NCBI RefSeq assembly: GCF_009914755.1
Contig: NC_060936.1
Source: the human T2T-CHM13v2.0 reference genome, Homo sapiens
Strand: one strand, 5' to 3'
Length of the DNA stretch: 64,000 bases
Part shown: positions 28,196 through 42,767 of the stretch, piece by piece
How positions within the stretch are numbered: position 1 is the first letter of the stretch
Layout of the letters: the number at the start of each line of letters is the position of its first letter
The notes under the pieces: model-generated
Databases searched by the model: none
What the model was told of the DNA's origin: nothing
Seen by the model: the letters and a program-made list of their open reading frames with translations, nothing else
Program-made: the position numbers and the translations under genes

Positions 28196-29907
28196 GAAGA
28201 AGAAACTGAGGCCTAGAGGGGTTAAGTAAGTGCACCCAACCACTAAATACTGTAGACTTTTTTCCACTTGAAATCCCAAGTCCTTAACCACTATCTACTA
28301 GCACAATATAAGCTACATACACTATATGAAAATTATCCTAAATGTTAATCCATTAAGAATAGCAAACTAATGTTCTGAAATGTTTATTAATATCACATAC
28401 TTACACTGTTCATGGCAAGAGAATTTCTAAAATGGTCACATTGTTATCTTTTTTTTTCCTCCTCAAATGTGGCAGACTGCCTTTGTAAAATTCTCCTGGT
28501 GTAGCCATGCCAGATGACCCACTAGAATGCTCTGACGAAAAATAATCTTTACTGCACGATGTTCATCACTGACATGTATTTGTAATTATCTCTTCCACTC
28601 CTCAGTTATCTTAACCTACTTCTGCATCTTCTAATGTTAAGTCCAATTCTGGTAAGAAGAATGGGAGTTATAACCCAGCAGGTCCATGACTTTGAATTTA
28701 GGCCTGGCCGTAATCTCTTAGTGCGTTCCCCAGGGTTCTGCACTGGATGAGAAGTTCTGAGTGGCCAGGGACCATGTCTGCCTTGTTCACATTTATATTC
28801 CCAGCATGCAGTGTTTGGTACTAAGTAGGTGCTTGAGAAATGCTGCTGACGAATGAATACGAACAGCATGTTTGTAAAACATGCTTGTTGATGTACTGAT
28901 ATAGCAAATCCTTGACATTTCTGGTCTCAGTGTTTGAAATTTCAACAACTTTTAGCTGATTGTGAAAGCCCATGATATATAGCACTGCAGACTGTCTTTC
29001 AGTGAGACACAAAATTAAATTACACTGTGATGTTCAGGAGGCAGCCACTGCCTACCTGACTGCCCTCCATCTGCCTGTCTATATGACTTCCTTGTTACTC
29101 ATTCTCATGAAGAAAGAATACCTTTGGTTTTTTTGGTGGGTTGGGGTGTGGAGAATTGGCTCTGGGGAAAATATAGCTGGATGCTGGTTTTGCAAATATA
29201 AGCAAATTCTTGATTAATACTACCTTCATAATGACATAGTATAAGTTAGAGTTTATTTTAGCCACATAATTCATCTTAACACTCCTATAGATGACTTTTA
29301 GTCCCATATTTATGGAGTCATGATCAATGTCCTGGGGATGTTTATTTATTTAGCTAGTTATTTTAGTGGAAGGAATTATATGCTATCATGTCAACCGCAA
29401 TTGGGGATTCATGGTGTATCTCTCATAGTTTATTTAGAGATTTATAAAAATCTAGGAGCGTAACTCTCACAATGTCAAGGATCTAATATATTACAAATGT
29501 AGAGTAAGGTATCATAGCTCTTCAATATACTTTATCAGGTTTTTATATAAACCTCTAACTTTTTTACTATAAAAAAATCATAAGCACATGTGAAAGTAGA
29601 CACATAATACAGTGAAACCCCATGTACTCATCACCCAGCTTCAACAACTACCAACTCCTGGCCAATTTATTCCCCTACTCATTTCCTGTCCTGCGGGGTT
29701 ATTTTGAAGCAAATTTCAGACATCATATAATTTAATCTGTAAGTATGCCAGTATGTAGCTATAAAAAAACTAGGGACTGATTTTTTTTAAAACATAACCA
29801 CAATACTGTTATCACACCTGAAAATTCATGAACAATCCTAGAAGTAGGATTTTTCAAGTAAAAGCAAAATCTCTAAACAACTCAGAGTAAATGTGAAGGT
29901 GCCTCAC

Positions 29908-30006
29908 CACTCTTGTCACAAATTCGTCGTGGATGGATTCTTCCACGAACAACCGCCCAGCAGCAATACAGTTCTCTCCTTTGTTGAAAAATACTGCTCC
30001 CATGCC
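29908..30006 (-). CDS. ALDH1L2: ALDH1L2 exon 19 (99 nt), catalytic Cys728
   Basis: gaag|GGC...GTG|gtgagg; [33 protein letters not shown]; Cys codon at 29968-29970. Confidence 0.97.
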
Positions 30007-30311
30007 CTTCAGTGGGAGAAGAGAAAATATTGCTAACATCATTTGAGAAGTCAAGATTCTCATAAAGTTGTACACAGAGGGAGTTAGTTGTTTTTGGAAG
30101 ACAGCAGGCAATATAGATAAGTCACAGACAATCCTCTTGGCCTTGTTAGTGATGAGAGCTTCTTGGAGATACTCTGTTTTGATTTAGCATGATTTGAGAG
30201 ATTTTGTTTATCCTTTCCCCCTTTTGGTCCCTGAGCATTTTTTTAAAAAAATGTATGTGTAACAATAAAGATGTACCATTAGAAACAAATTTTGTGTTAA
30301 AAGAAAATCTA

Positions 30312-31225
30312 GGCTGGGCGTGGTGGATCACGCTTGTAATCCCAGAACTTTGGGAGGCTGAGGCGGGCAGATCACAAGCTCAGGAGTTCAAGACCAGTGT
30401 GGCCAACACAGTGAAACCCCATCTCCACTAAAAATACAAAAATTAGCTGGGCATGGTGGCAGGTGCCTGTAATCCCAGCTACTCAGGGGGCTGAGGCAGG
30501 AGAATCAATTGAACCCAGGAGGCGGAGGTTGCAGTGAGCTGAGATCACACCACTGCACTCCAGCCTGGGCGACAGAGCTAGATTCCATCTCATAAATAAA
30601 TAAATAAATAAAAGAAAATCTAGATTATTCTCTTCTTAAATTTATTTTTTAGAGATAGAGTCCCACTCTCTCTAGCCTCCCAAGTAGCTGGCACTACAGG
30701 TGTGTACCACCTTACCCAGCTAATTTTTTCTATTTTTATTTATTGTAGAGACAGGGTCTCACTATGTTGCCCAGGCTGGACTCAACACCTGGGCTTAAGC
30801 AATCCTCCTGCCTTGGCCTAGAAAATCTAGATTATTCTATACATTTAAATGTAATAACTTGTATACCAAGTTTTGCTTTTAAAAATCTCTACATTAGATT
30901 GTATAATCACAATTTTTAAAATTTTTTATTTGTATTTATTTATTTATTTAAGACAGTGTTTCTCTCTGTCGCCCAGGCTGGAGTGCAGTGGCGTGATCAT
31001 GGCTCACTGCAGCCTCAACTTCCTGGGCTGAAGTGATCCTCCATCTCAGTCTCCCTAGTAGCTGGGGCCACAGGTGAACACCACCCTGGGCTAATTTTAT
31101 TTTTTTGTAGAGACAGGGTCTTGCCATGTTGCCCAGGCTGGTCATGAACCCCAAGGCTCAAGCGATCCTTCTACCTCGACCTCCCAAAGTGCTGAGATTA
31201 TAGGCGTAAGCCACCACGTGCAGCC
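30312..31225. mobile_element. Alu cluster: AluS (+, 30312-30612), deleted AluJ (-, ~30640-30819), AluJ (-, ~30920-31225)
   Basis: Alu motifs; agaaaatcta recurs at the junctions. Confidence 0.88.
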
Positions 31226-31417
31226 ATAAATCATAAATATTTAGAAAGCCTCTCTAACCCCCTCATGAAAAGAAATACCTGTTTTTCAACAAGAAGTTTG
31301 AGAAATCTTTGAAATGAAGGCACTCAAAAATGACGGATTTGGAAGACTGATGAATTTTGTGCATTTTCCCTTTTTAGAAATTCAGTTTCTAATTCACCTG
31401 CAGGAAACCTCCCTGGA

Positions 31418-31431
31418 CTATATATAGTGTG

Positions 31432-31479
<48 letters not shown>

Positions 31480-32022
31480 CACACACACATATATATACGT
31501 ATATTTATATGTGTATATATATTATATATATACATATATTTATATGTGTATATATATTATATATATACGTATATTTATATGTGTATATATATTATATATA
31601 TACGTATATTTATATGTGTATATATATTATATATATACGTATATTTATATATGTGTATATATATTATATATATACGTATATTTATATATGTGTATATATA
31701 TTATATATATACGTATATTTATATATGTGTATATAATATATACACGTATATTTATATATGTGTATATATTATATATATACGTATATTTATATATGTGTAT
31801 ATATATTATATATATACGTATATTTATATATGTGTATATATATTATATATATACGTATATTTATATATGTGTATATATATTATATATATACGTATATTTA
31901 TATATGTGTATATATATTATATATATACGTATATTTATATATGTGTATATATATTATATATATCCATATATATGTGTGTGTGTATATACACACACATATA
32001 TACGTATATTTATATATGTATA

Positions 32023-32083
<61 letters not shown>
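31418..32083. repeat. TA-rich compound VNTR: (TG)n, ~13 units of 35-37 bp, then (TA)~27
   Basis: tacgtatattt recurs at 31566, 31601, 31636, 31673, 31710 and onward. Confidence 0.95.
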
Positions 32084-32088
<5 letters not shown>

Positions 32089-32093
32089 GATGT

Positions 32094-32217
32094 GGCTGGG
32101 TGCAGTGGCTCACACCTGTTATTCCACCCATTTAGGAGGCCAAGGCAGGAGGATCACTTTAGCCCAGGAGTTTAAGACCTGCCTGGGCAACATAGTGAGA
32201 TCCCATCTCAAAAACAA
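32094..32217 (+). mobile_element. FLAM / Alu monomer
   Basis: ggctgggtgcagtggctcac...cccatctcaaaaa. Confidence 0.8.
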
Positions 32218-33202
32218 AGTATAATGAATGCTTTGAAATACCATGCTTTTCCTGTGCATACATTTTATCTTTAAACATTACAAAAATATGTTGACTGTCT
32301 TGGGTTTGGGGTTCTTAAATGGTTAAAACAGACTCTTTAAGGTTATATATTCCTAACCCAGACATCCAGGGGAGTCCTGACCCCTGATATCAGTTTGAGT
32401 ACCCCCAGCCATTGTCTGTCACTGAAACCTCCAGATGGTCCATTCAAAGGCCCTGGCCGCAGGGGTACTTGGTTCTTCTTCACTCCCAGACCACTCCATT
32501 CTCTTTGGGATGCTTACATGATGAAGTTTGGCTGTGAGTGTTCATTATAATTACATTTAGGGCCAATGGTGAACAGAGTCTGCTTAGTGCATAGGCTGGA
32601 CAGTTGTACAGAACTGAGAAGACCATAAGTTTCCCCCACAATTACAAGAAAGCTTAGCACAACCCCTGCCGAGCATTGACTCATTTTATGCCTATATCTC
32701 AGATGTGAAGAATGAGAACTAGGCCAATTTTTTTTAACCTTTACATTTTATTTAAAATAAGCCTTTATACTTTGAAATAGTTTAAGGCTCACAAGGTGTT
32801 GCAAAAATAATGTGAGAGTTCCTTTGTGCCCTTTACCTAACTTCCCCCATGATAACATCTTATAAAACCATAGTACATTGTTAAAACCAGGAAATTGATG
32901 TTGCTAATTACTTGTTAAATATGAAACCCTTTGTTGTGTCTAAAACACTTACCAGAAGCTCAATGTGCAAAACAGGTAAAAGTAGGACTGTTCAGGTTGA
33001 TGGGATGAGATGTTGTAGGGAAAGGAGGGAGAAGCTAGAAGCCCTAATAGAATATCTTTTGAACTTTTTTACATGCCTGCTATGACTCATATCCTGTTTT
33101 AAAAACACCTTAGTAGAGGAATTATAAAGACATTATTTTTAAAAACTAAGTGCTCTGAGTATTCCCAAATCTAAGCATAAAAACAATGGTTTTAATTTAT
33201 GA

Positions 33203-33600
<398 letters not shown>

Positions 33601-33602
33601 TA

Positions 33603-33749
<147 letters not shown>

Positions 33750-33758
33750 TTAGTTAAC

Positions 33759-33760
<2 letters not shown>

Positions 33761-33837
<77 letters not shown>
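33761..33837. repeat. (CT)10(CA)~28 microsatellite
   Basis: Directly visible, with one interruption. Confidence 0.97.
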
Positions 33838-33839
<2 letters not shown>

Positions 33840-33909
33840 TTTAAGCTATAAGTTACCACCTGGCATGGAAAACATACTGAGCCTCAGTAATATTAAGAAA
33901 CTTATTCAA

Positions 33910-34210
33910 GGCCAGGCACAGTGACTCACAACTGTCTGGGAGACCAAGGTAGAAGGGATCCTTTAAGGCCGGAAGTGTGAGACCAGCCTGAGCAACATGG
34001 CAAGACCTCATCTCTATAAAAAATAAGAAAATTAGGTAGGTATGGTGGTGTATGACTGTAGTGTCAGCTACTTGGGAGGCTGAGACAGGAGGATCGTTTG
34101 AGCCCAGGAATTCAAAGCTGCAGTGAGCTGTGATCACCACTGCACTCCAGCCTGGGTGACAGTGTTAGACCGTGTCTCTTAAAAAAGAAAAAAAGAAAGA
34201 AAAAGGAAAA
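33910..34210 (+). mobile_element. AluJ
   Basis: Diverged dimer with A-rich tail. Confidence 0.88.
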
Positions 34211-35225
34211 AGTTATTCATAGATAAAACAGATGGTAGAATGGTGATTACCATTGAAGCTGAGTGATGAGTACATAAAATTCATTTTGCTTTTCTGCTTT
34301 CTATGTATTAGACATTTTCCATAATAAAAAAATTTCAAAAATGTTGTGGTCAAAAGTTAATTCAAATTCTTTAGAAATTTTGGTTACATAAAAGCCTGGC
34401 AAAAGAATTAAACCTCTAACCAGACTACCGAAGCATTGGGAGAAAAAATATCAATTTTTAAAAGTACGCTGCTTATTTTTCCTTTCTTACAAAAGTATTT
34501 TTATTTAAAGCATTTTGAAAATACCTACCCCAAAATGCAAACAGAAGAAAAAAATCACAAAATTCCATTCCATGCCTCAGTGACCATTGTTTTTACCATT
34601 TTGATATACTACCTATTTGTGATCTGTCCTACCATAGCTTTTGCGTTGTTTAACATAGTTGAGATCATCCAGTGTATACAATGTTATACTTTATTTTTAT
34701 TTCCATTTATTATTTTAACAACACTTTTCAATGTTATTAAAATTCTCTATGAACGTGACTGCACAGTGTTCCATTACATTGACATATTTTAACAACTGCT
34801 TTATTTTGGACACTTAGATTGCTTACAGCTTAAAAAAAATTGCTTTGGCGGACTCCATTTATAAATAATCCAGGTTTGTCATATAAAATATATAAATTTC
34901 ACATTTATGTATCTTTTTGGTTTTTTACCCATACTCTGAGAACAATTTGGGCCACAGCTTTAATACAGGAAGTCTTTTGTGCTGAATTGTTAAAACTACC
35001 AGTAGGGCACAGAATTTCAACATAGCTTTGGTTTTATTGACTCTGGGCTTTAATGCTTTGGAAAGTATTTTATTGTATTCAAATATTTCAATACTCAGCA
35101 GTGATAAGTAGATTTCCCTTCCAAAGTTGATGTAGTTTTTCTCACTCAAAAAGTACCCTGTTTAAACAAAAATTGAAACCTAGTTTAACAGGATCTGTAG
35201 TGAATCAACATTTTAAAACCAATAC

Positions 35226-35319
35226 CTCTTCATGATCTGTTTGCCAATAGGAGTGGAACCAGTGAAACCAAGTTTGCGGATGTCAGGATGTTCAGACAGA
35301 CGTTGTCCTGCTATGCCAC
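35226..35319 (-). CDS. ALDH1L2: ALDH1L2 exon 17 (94 nt), FTGS cofactor-binding motif
   Basis: acag|GT...AG|gtattg; [32 protein letters not shown]. Confidence 0.97.
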
Positions 35320-35361
35320 CTGTAGAATTAGGGAATAAAACAGGAATTAAAACATACTCAA

Positions 35362-35659
35362 GGCCGGGCGCGGTGGCTTACGCCTGTAATCCCCGCACTT
35401 TGGGAGGCTGAGGCAAGCAGATCACAAGGTCAGGAGTTCGAGACCCGCCTGACCACCATGGTGAAACCCTGTCACTACTAAAAATATAAAAATTAGCCAG
35501 GCATTGTGGCACACGCCTGTAATCCCAGCTACTCAGGAGGCTGAGGGAGAATCACTTGAACCCAGGAGGCGGAGGTTGCAGTGGGCCAAGATCGCGCCTT
35601 TGCACTCCAGCCTGGGCAAAAGAGTGAGACTCCGTCTCAAAAAAAAAAAAAAAAAAAAA
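35362..35659 (+). mobile_element. AluS
   Basis: Full dimer; TSD-like aaaac(a/ct)tactcaa. Confidence 0.93.
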
Positions 35660-36118
35660 CAAAACCTTACTCAAATTCTTATAGTGAAGATGGCTTTAAA
35701 TTCATTGAAGTAGATTTCTAAGCTCTCCTTGACACCTTAGTTTTACATTTTCTGTATTAATTACAAACTGATAAAAGTCTAAAATAATACCCTTTATGAA
35801 ATTATCAGACTCCCAAAATAATGATGGGTAAGCCTTGATTTTTATCTTCCAGAGTAGTTTTTGAAAATCAAAATGGAACATCTTAGGGTAATTTTACATG
35901 ACTGTACAACCCCCCTCCCCACTGCCACTCACCCACCACTGTATTTCCATTTTAAGATTTTAGCACATGGTAAGTATATTCATCCTTAACTGTTTGGTGA
36001 ATTGTATTTAGTTTTAATACAGTTATAATTCAGGACAAGTCTCTAGAGGTAAAAGAGCCACTCAGCTACCCCAGTACCATTCATTAGTTATAGCACAGTC
36101 GGTCATTTAGTGGCTTAC

Positions 36119-36206
36119 CTGAGCCTGGAATGATGTTGATGACCCCCTTTGGAAAGCCTGCTTTCACAGACAGTTCTGCAAACTTCAAAGCAGTCAAGGG
36201 TGTGAC
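36119..36206 (-). CDS. ALDH1L2: ALDH1L2 exon 16 (88 nt)
   Basis: tcag|GTC...G|gtaagc; [29 protein letters not shown]. Confidence 0.97.
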
Positions 36207-36309
36207 CTGAGGAGAAGCAAACAGCAATTACCTTCTTCAGGCCCTAACCTGACCTTTAGCCCAGAAACCAGTTTTCCCTTGATAGCTGCACTAGATCTCA
36301 TTTTATTTT

Positions 36310-38340
36310 TATTGTACATTGTCTTATTTTTTTGCCATAATTTCAGACTTACAAAAAGATGCAAAAATAGTACAAGTATTCCTTATATACATTTCCATTC
36401 AGATTCCTCAAATGTTAACATTTTACTGCATTTGCTTTATCTTTCTGTATATATTTTTCTAAACTATTTTTTAAAGATAAATTTAAGGAATATCTTTTTC
36501 TGAACTGTTTAAGAATACGGTAAAGACATACCCCATACTTCTAAATACTTCTGTGTGCATTTTCTATAAAACAAGAAATTCTTTTACATAACCATAGTAC
36601 AATCATCAAAATCAGGAGATTAACAATTGATAGAATACATGATTTGCAGACCATATTCAGATTTCACCAATTATCCCAATAATGTCTTACAGCAAAAGAA
36701 AATCCAACATCTGCATTACATTTAGTTCTATCTGTAGTCTCCAGTAATCTAGGAGAATTTCTCAGTTCTCTTTTCTATTTCATTACACTGACATTTTTGA
36801 AGAGTACAGGCCAGTTATTTCATACAATGTCTCTTTGTCTGGATTTGTCTGATGTTTTTGCATGGTTAGATTCAAGTTATGCACTTTTGGGAACAATGCC
36901 ACCGGAGCGATGCTGAGCTTTTCTCAGGACATCAGGAGGCACGTGCTGTAGAATAGTTCCAATACTGGAAAGTTAGTTTTGATTATTTGGCAAATGTGGT
37001 CTGCCAACTTTCATCACTGTAAGTTACTATTTTATACATTGTAGTTAACAAATATTTTGTGGGGAGATACTCCTCAAATTTTTATCCACTAGTTTTAGTG
37101 TCCATGGATAATTTCTGGATAATAATCCTAAAGTATCATGATGGTTGCCAAATGGTGATTTTCCAATTCCATCATTCCTTTTACGTGTAGTAGTTGGCTC
37201 TCTACTCTAAGTGTTTTCCATTCCGTTCAATTAATTAATATCAGTGTGAACACAAAGATTCTTACTGTAATCAGCAGGTTATCATCGTTTACTATTGTTA
37301 TTGATTTTGATGTTCAATTGTTCTAGATTTGGCTGAGGCAGTCCCTTCAGTACGGCCCCTTATCATTCTGACGTGCCCCTATTACTCTTTGAGCATTACA
37401 TTGCTTTCAGGCCCAACAAGATATTTCAGATTCATCTTGATTCTTCCCTACTCCAGCTACTTCTCCAAGGAGCCCAAGTTTCTTTGAGTGAAGAATGGTA
37501 TTTTAGAAACCAAGATATCTGGACATTATTGAGGGGTCATCGCTTCTAGGCCCTCTTAGCAGACAGAGCTGGGAAAGAGATGTATGTATACACAACACAC
37601 ACACACACACATCTACATGTATGTGTGTATCTATCCCTCATATACCTATATCCATTTCTTTATTTAGCTATCTAAATACATTAAAACCCGTGAGTTTACA
37701 CTGATACCTTTATCCGATATCTTAGGGTCGATTCTATCCTTCTGCCCTTTTTACATTTGTCATTCTCTTCTCCAAGAAAGAGAGACATGCCTCCCATTAT
37801 CCACAATATATTTACTTATTTGCTTAATCCTAAAACATAGAGAAAGTAATTTGAGAATTGTTAAGCCATGTCCCTATGAAAAAGAAGCCTATTAATTAGA
37901 GTTCAATATGTATTTGGGTTTTTTTGTTGTTGTTGTTGTTTTGCGTTGCCTTTATCCTGAGGACATATAGTCCAAAGTTAGTCAAAAGTGACTTGGGTTC
38001 ATGCTTCCTCATTCTCTTCAATGGGGTCATGTTATTCATTTGAAATATGGCTTAATTTGTTTTGTTTATATTTAATTTTAGGGTTTTGGCCCCATCTTTG
38101 TTGATTATATTTCTTTTCTTTGCTGTCATTAAATATGGGGACTATGCTTCCAAAAGTCAGGACTATTCAAAACATCCATTCAGAGAATGTCGTTCTCCCA
38201 CCCTCCTTTCCACCCCATTCATCCTATGTTCTATAGATAATTTCATTAGTCTCTAGTTTATCTTTCCTGTTTCCTTTTATTCAAATCAGCAAATACATAT
38301 TTTCTTATTTTCCCTTCTTTCTCACATAAAAAGTGGCATA
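36310..38340 (-). mobile_element. Ancient L1M (L1MC/ME-like) 3' fragment; bounds approximate
   Basis: ataatttcagacttacaaaaa..tgcaaaaatagtac and gacatttttgaagagtacaggccagttattt motifs. Confidence 0.6.
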
Positions 38341-40116
38341 ATATGGATCTCACCTTAAACATCTATTATAGCAATGCAAATCTCCAAAGCAAAATGAAAC
38401 AATACCTTCACACTCTTAAAAACCAACGTCCATTCAGTCTTAAGTCAGTATTTGGTTAGCTTGGACTCTAAAAATGGGGTGTGCAAGAGGATCCATTGAG
38501 GTGGGAAAAGAAAATAGTGGAACTTTTATTTATATATTTTAGCTGACAAAGATATGAAATAAATGAAACATAACTAACATTTATTGTATGGCTGGATGAC
38601 GCTGCTCTCACACAGTCTGAATGAAGGTCATATGGTCATGGGTCACAAAGGTACGGGCAGTGTCCCAGGAAAGAATAGGAGCTCACAAGACCAAGAGGGT
38701 GGCAGTGGTTCCTTCCCTTGCTCATTTGCCTTCAGAAGATTGCCCTCTGATGAAGTTTACAGGCCTGATTACATGGGTTCACAGGCTATGTTGTTATTTT
38801 AATTAAGCTTGTCTTCGTAAAATGGACAAGTGGCCAAAAAATGTGCATAGAAACTGCACAATAAATAATAATGGTAGCAAACAAACAAGAAAGAGGCAGG
38901 GCCACCACTTTTCCTCCTTCTAGTAACAGATCCACGACAGTCACATTGTGAGGTTTGTAAATCGTCAATGTAGACTTAACTCGATGAGAAGTTGGCCCAA
39001 AATATTTGAAGTTATCAACACTGTTGAAATAGTGGATTTACATCTAGTGTAGTTGAAGATGATCCTAGCCCAAGTATATCTGATTATGCCTTGGTATGAA
39101 ACCATCATAATTAGAAAGATGTTTAAAAACTAACTATCCTGAATTAATTATAATTCTTTTAAAGTAAGAATATAAAGGTTTTAAAATGTGATTTATAAAT
39201 AAAATAAATGGTTTCATCTCCATCACAACTCTTTTCATTTTTATTGGTTTTCTTCCATTTGGCTATCCAGTGTCCCTGCAGGATTATAGGTTTGCATAAT
39301 ACATGGGAAAGCCTCTAGTATGGTTCTGGGCAAGTGTAGGTCATTGCTAAAAATGAGGTTAATAAAGTCAGAACTTGTCACACCTAGACCAGACCACACT
39401 AGGCCATGAAAATCTGTGCTTTCTTTTGTATGAAGCCAGGAGAGAATCTTTCACACATATAACAAAGCAGACAACAGGTTTAAGAGGAGTCATCTCAATT
39501 CAGTCCTCTTGACTTTCACACAGAGCCCTAATATTATAAATGCATCACTGCATAATATTATCCAATAAAATTTAAAAGTCCAGCATAACAATGGCACCTT
39601 TGGGTCTTTCATTCTCAGGATTTAAATTATCTTCAACTATAAAACTGCCAGTTTTAAACTGCAGATAGAGCCAGCCTGTAATTTCCATGGAGACAGAAAC
39701 TTTGTGTATCTTCATCACTACTACCTATCTGGCAACTGGTATGCACTCAAAGAATGTTTGTAATTTTTGGACATTATATATACTCATTGCCATTCCTCAG
39801 TGATTAGCACTCATTGGATTTCATTTAGTGGTTCTCTATCCTGGCTGTGCCTTGGAAAAACGTGAAGCTTTTAAGCAATACCAATGCGTGGTCTCCAACT
39901 CAGACAATTAAATCAGATCCCTCCTTTTACAATGCTGATATGGGGCCCCATCTCTGCCAGTGGGGCCCAATATCAGCATTTTAAAAGGAGAACTTTAGGT
40001 GATTCTAATGTACAGCCAGTGTGGAGCTCTACTGGGCTAGATTACCTGTCTCCTCACTTCACTCAACTAGCTTCTTGCTGTTTAATGGGTTGTGCACCTA
40101 TTAAACAAGAGTGGGA

Positions 40117-40487
<371 letters not shown>

Positions 40488-40828
40488 CTATCACACAAAT
40501 ACATGTATCTTTTAACTGAGGGATTCTGCTATTAGAAACATATACTATAAATATACTTGCACATGTGCATTATACTTACAAGGTTTATAAGGTTATTAAC
40601 TGTAGCATGGTTTATACAGCAAAAGGAGAAAAAATCTGAATATCCATAATTATGGATTGGTTAAGTAAAATATGTTTTATCTATACAATGGAAACTGCTA
40701 AAAAAAGGTAGAATTTTTTTTTTTGCTAAGTATATAGAATGCTACTTTTTGTGTGTGTTTTTAAAAATTTTATTGTGGTAAGAACATTTAACGTGAGCTC
40801 TACTCTCTTAACAAATTTTGAAGTGTAA

Positions 40829-41331
<503 letters not shown>

Positions 41332-41978
41332 TAAATATACACATATATATGTAGAGACTATCTCTGGGATATCTAAGCCACTAATAGATAACAATCACAT
41401 TGGTTGTCTCTGGGAGGTAAACTGGTTGGCTGGGGAATAATGATAGAAGGGAGACATTTCACTATCTACCTCTTTGTATCTTTTGAATTTTGAAAACTTT
41501 GAACGTATACCTACTTTTTCAAATAAAATCGTTTTTAATGATTAAAACAAAATGGCCGTGGCCACATGACCATGTAGCTATGCCAAATGAAACTGTATTT
41601 TTTTAAACTCTGAAAGAAGAAATAAAAGAGTTGAGAGGTAACAAATTATAAACTCTTCTAGAATAAAGACCAAGTTTACTCCACGACTTATGCACCTCAG
41701 AATGCCTACTACCTAGTAAAGTTACCTGCAGATAACAGAAACCCAAATAAGAAGTTTATTTTTCTTCTAATTTTACATAGTGCACTTTATATAGTAAAAG
41801 CTCAGCCAGTGTTAACTTGGCTGCCATATTTTTTTCTTAAAAAGCTATTGTAGCATTAAGAGATTTTTTTGAAAACTACTTGAACTATTTCTTAAAAGTA
41901 TTTTCTTGTTATCCATCTGGATATATTTTTATAATTACAGACATTCTTTTACATGCTTTTCCCTCATCTTCTACATCT

Positions 41979-41979
<1 letters not shown>

Positions 41980-42040
<61 letters not shown>

Positions 42041-42124
42041 TTTTTTTCTGTGAGACAGAGTCTTTGCTTTGTTGCCCAGGCTGGAATGCAGTGGTACAAT
42101 CTCGGCTCATTGCAACCTCCGCCT
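41980..42124 (-). repeat. (CT)n(AT)n(T)n tail on a truncated Alu right arm
   Basis: Directly visible. Confidence 0.85.
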
Positions 42125-42507
42125 TTACAATATTTTTGACAATTAAGTTTGAATACCTGCATAATACTTTTTTTGATGTCTGATAATTACTCTAAATAAT
42201 TCCCTAATTGTTGGGCACTTGGCATTTTGCAAGAATTGAATTGGTTCTTAGAAAGTCAATGGACTTCACTGATGTGCACCATGCTTGCTTCTATTATTAT
42301 GAAAATTTTAAATTGTGGAATCTCCATACAATGTATTAGGTAGCTATTAAAAATGAATATTTACTGACATGAAAAGTTGTCCATGATATATGAGAAAAAT
42401 GCCATACCATCTCATTTTTGTTTGCTATTTATAAATATATGTCACTTTTTTGAAGTACTGGATATAAGAGAGGAGGCAATTCTGCACCTGGCCCTTTGTG
42501 GCCTTAC

Positions 42508-42613
42508 CTGTGCTGGCTTGAGCACTAAGGTATTGCCTGCTGCCAAACACGCAGCACTCTTCCATGCCAGCATCATCAGCGGGTAGTTCCAGGGAATAAT
42601 AATGGCACAGACA
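42508..42613 (-). CDS. ALDH1L2: ALDH1L2 exon 15 (106 nt), PWNYP motif
   Basis: gcag|T...CAG|gtaagg; [35 protein letters not shown]. Confidence 0.97.
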
Positions 42614-42696
42614 CTGCAGGGGAAGAAATTCGACATGCTTAGTTGTTTCAAATAACACAACTCATGATTCACTCAGAGGCACTCTCCTTATCTTAC

Positions 42697-42767
42697 CCGA
42701 GTGGCTCTTTCTTGGTGAAGGTCAGATTGCGATTTGGACGGGCCTGGTTGATTGGAATAGTAGAACC
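42697..42767 (-). CDS. ALDH1L2: ALDH1L2 exon 14 (71 nt)
   Basis: ttag|GGT...GG|gtaaga; GSTIPINQARPNRNLTFTKKEPLG; followed by an 83-nt intron. Confidence 0.97.

Noticed and set aside
31490-32010. Regular 35-37 bp periodicity resembling a CRISPR array
   Set aside because: No unique spacers; a plain tandem repeat in a human intron.
31427-32224. Long ORFs (265 and 248 aa) rich in Y/I/C/V
   Set aside because: Artefacts of a stop-poor TA/TG repeat, open in several frames, with no splice or homology support.
42614-42696. 83-nt intron 14 as a mirtron
   Set aside because: The intron ends show no convincing complementarity.
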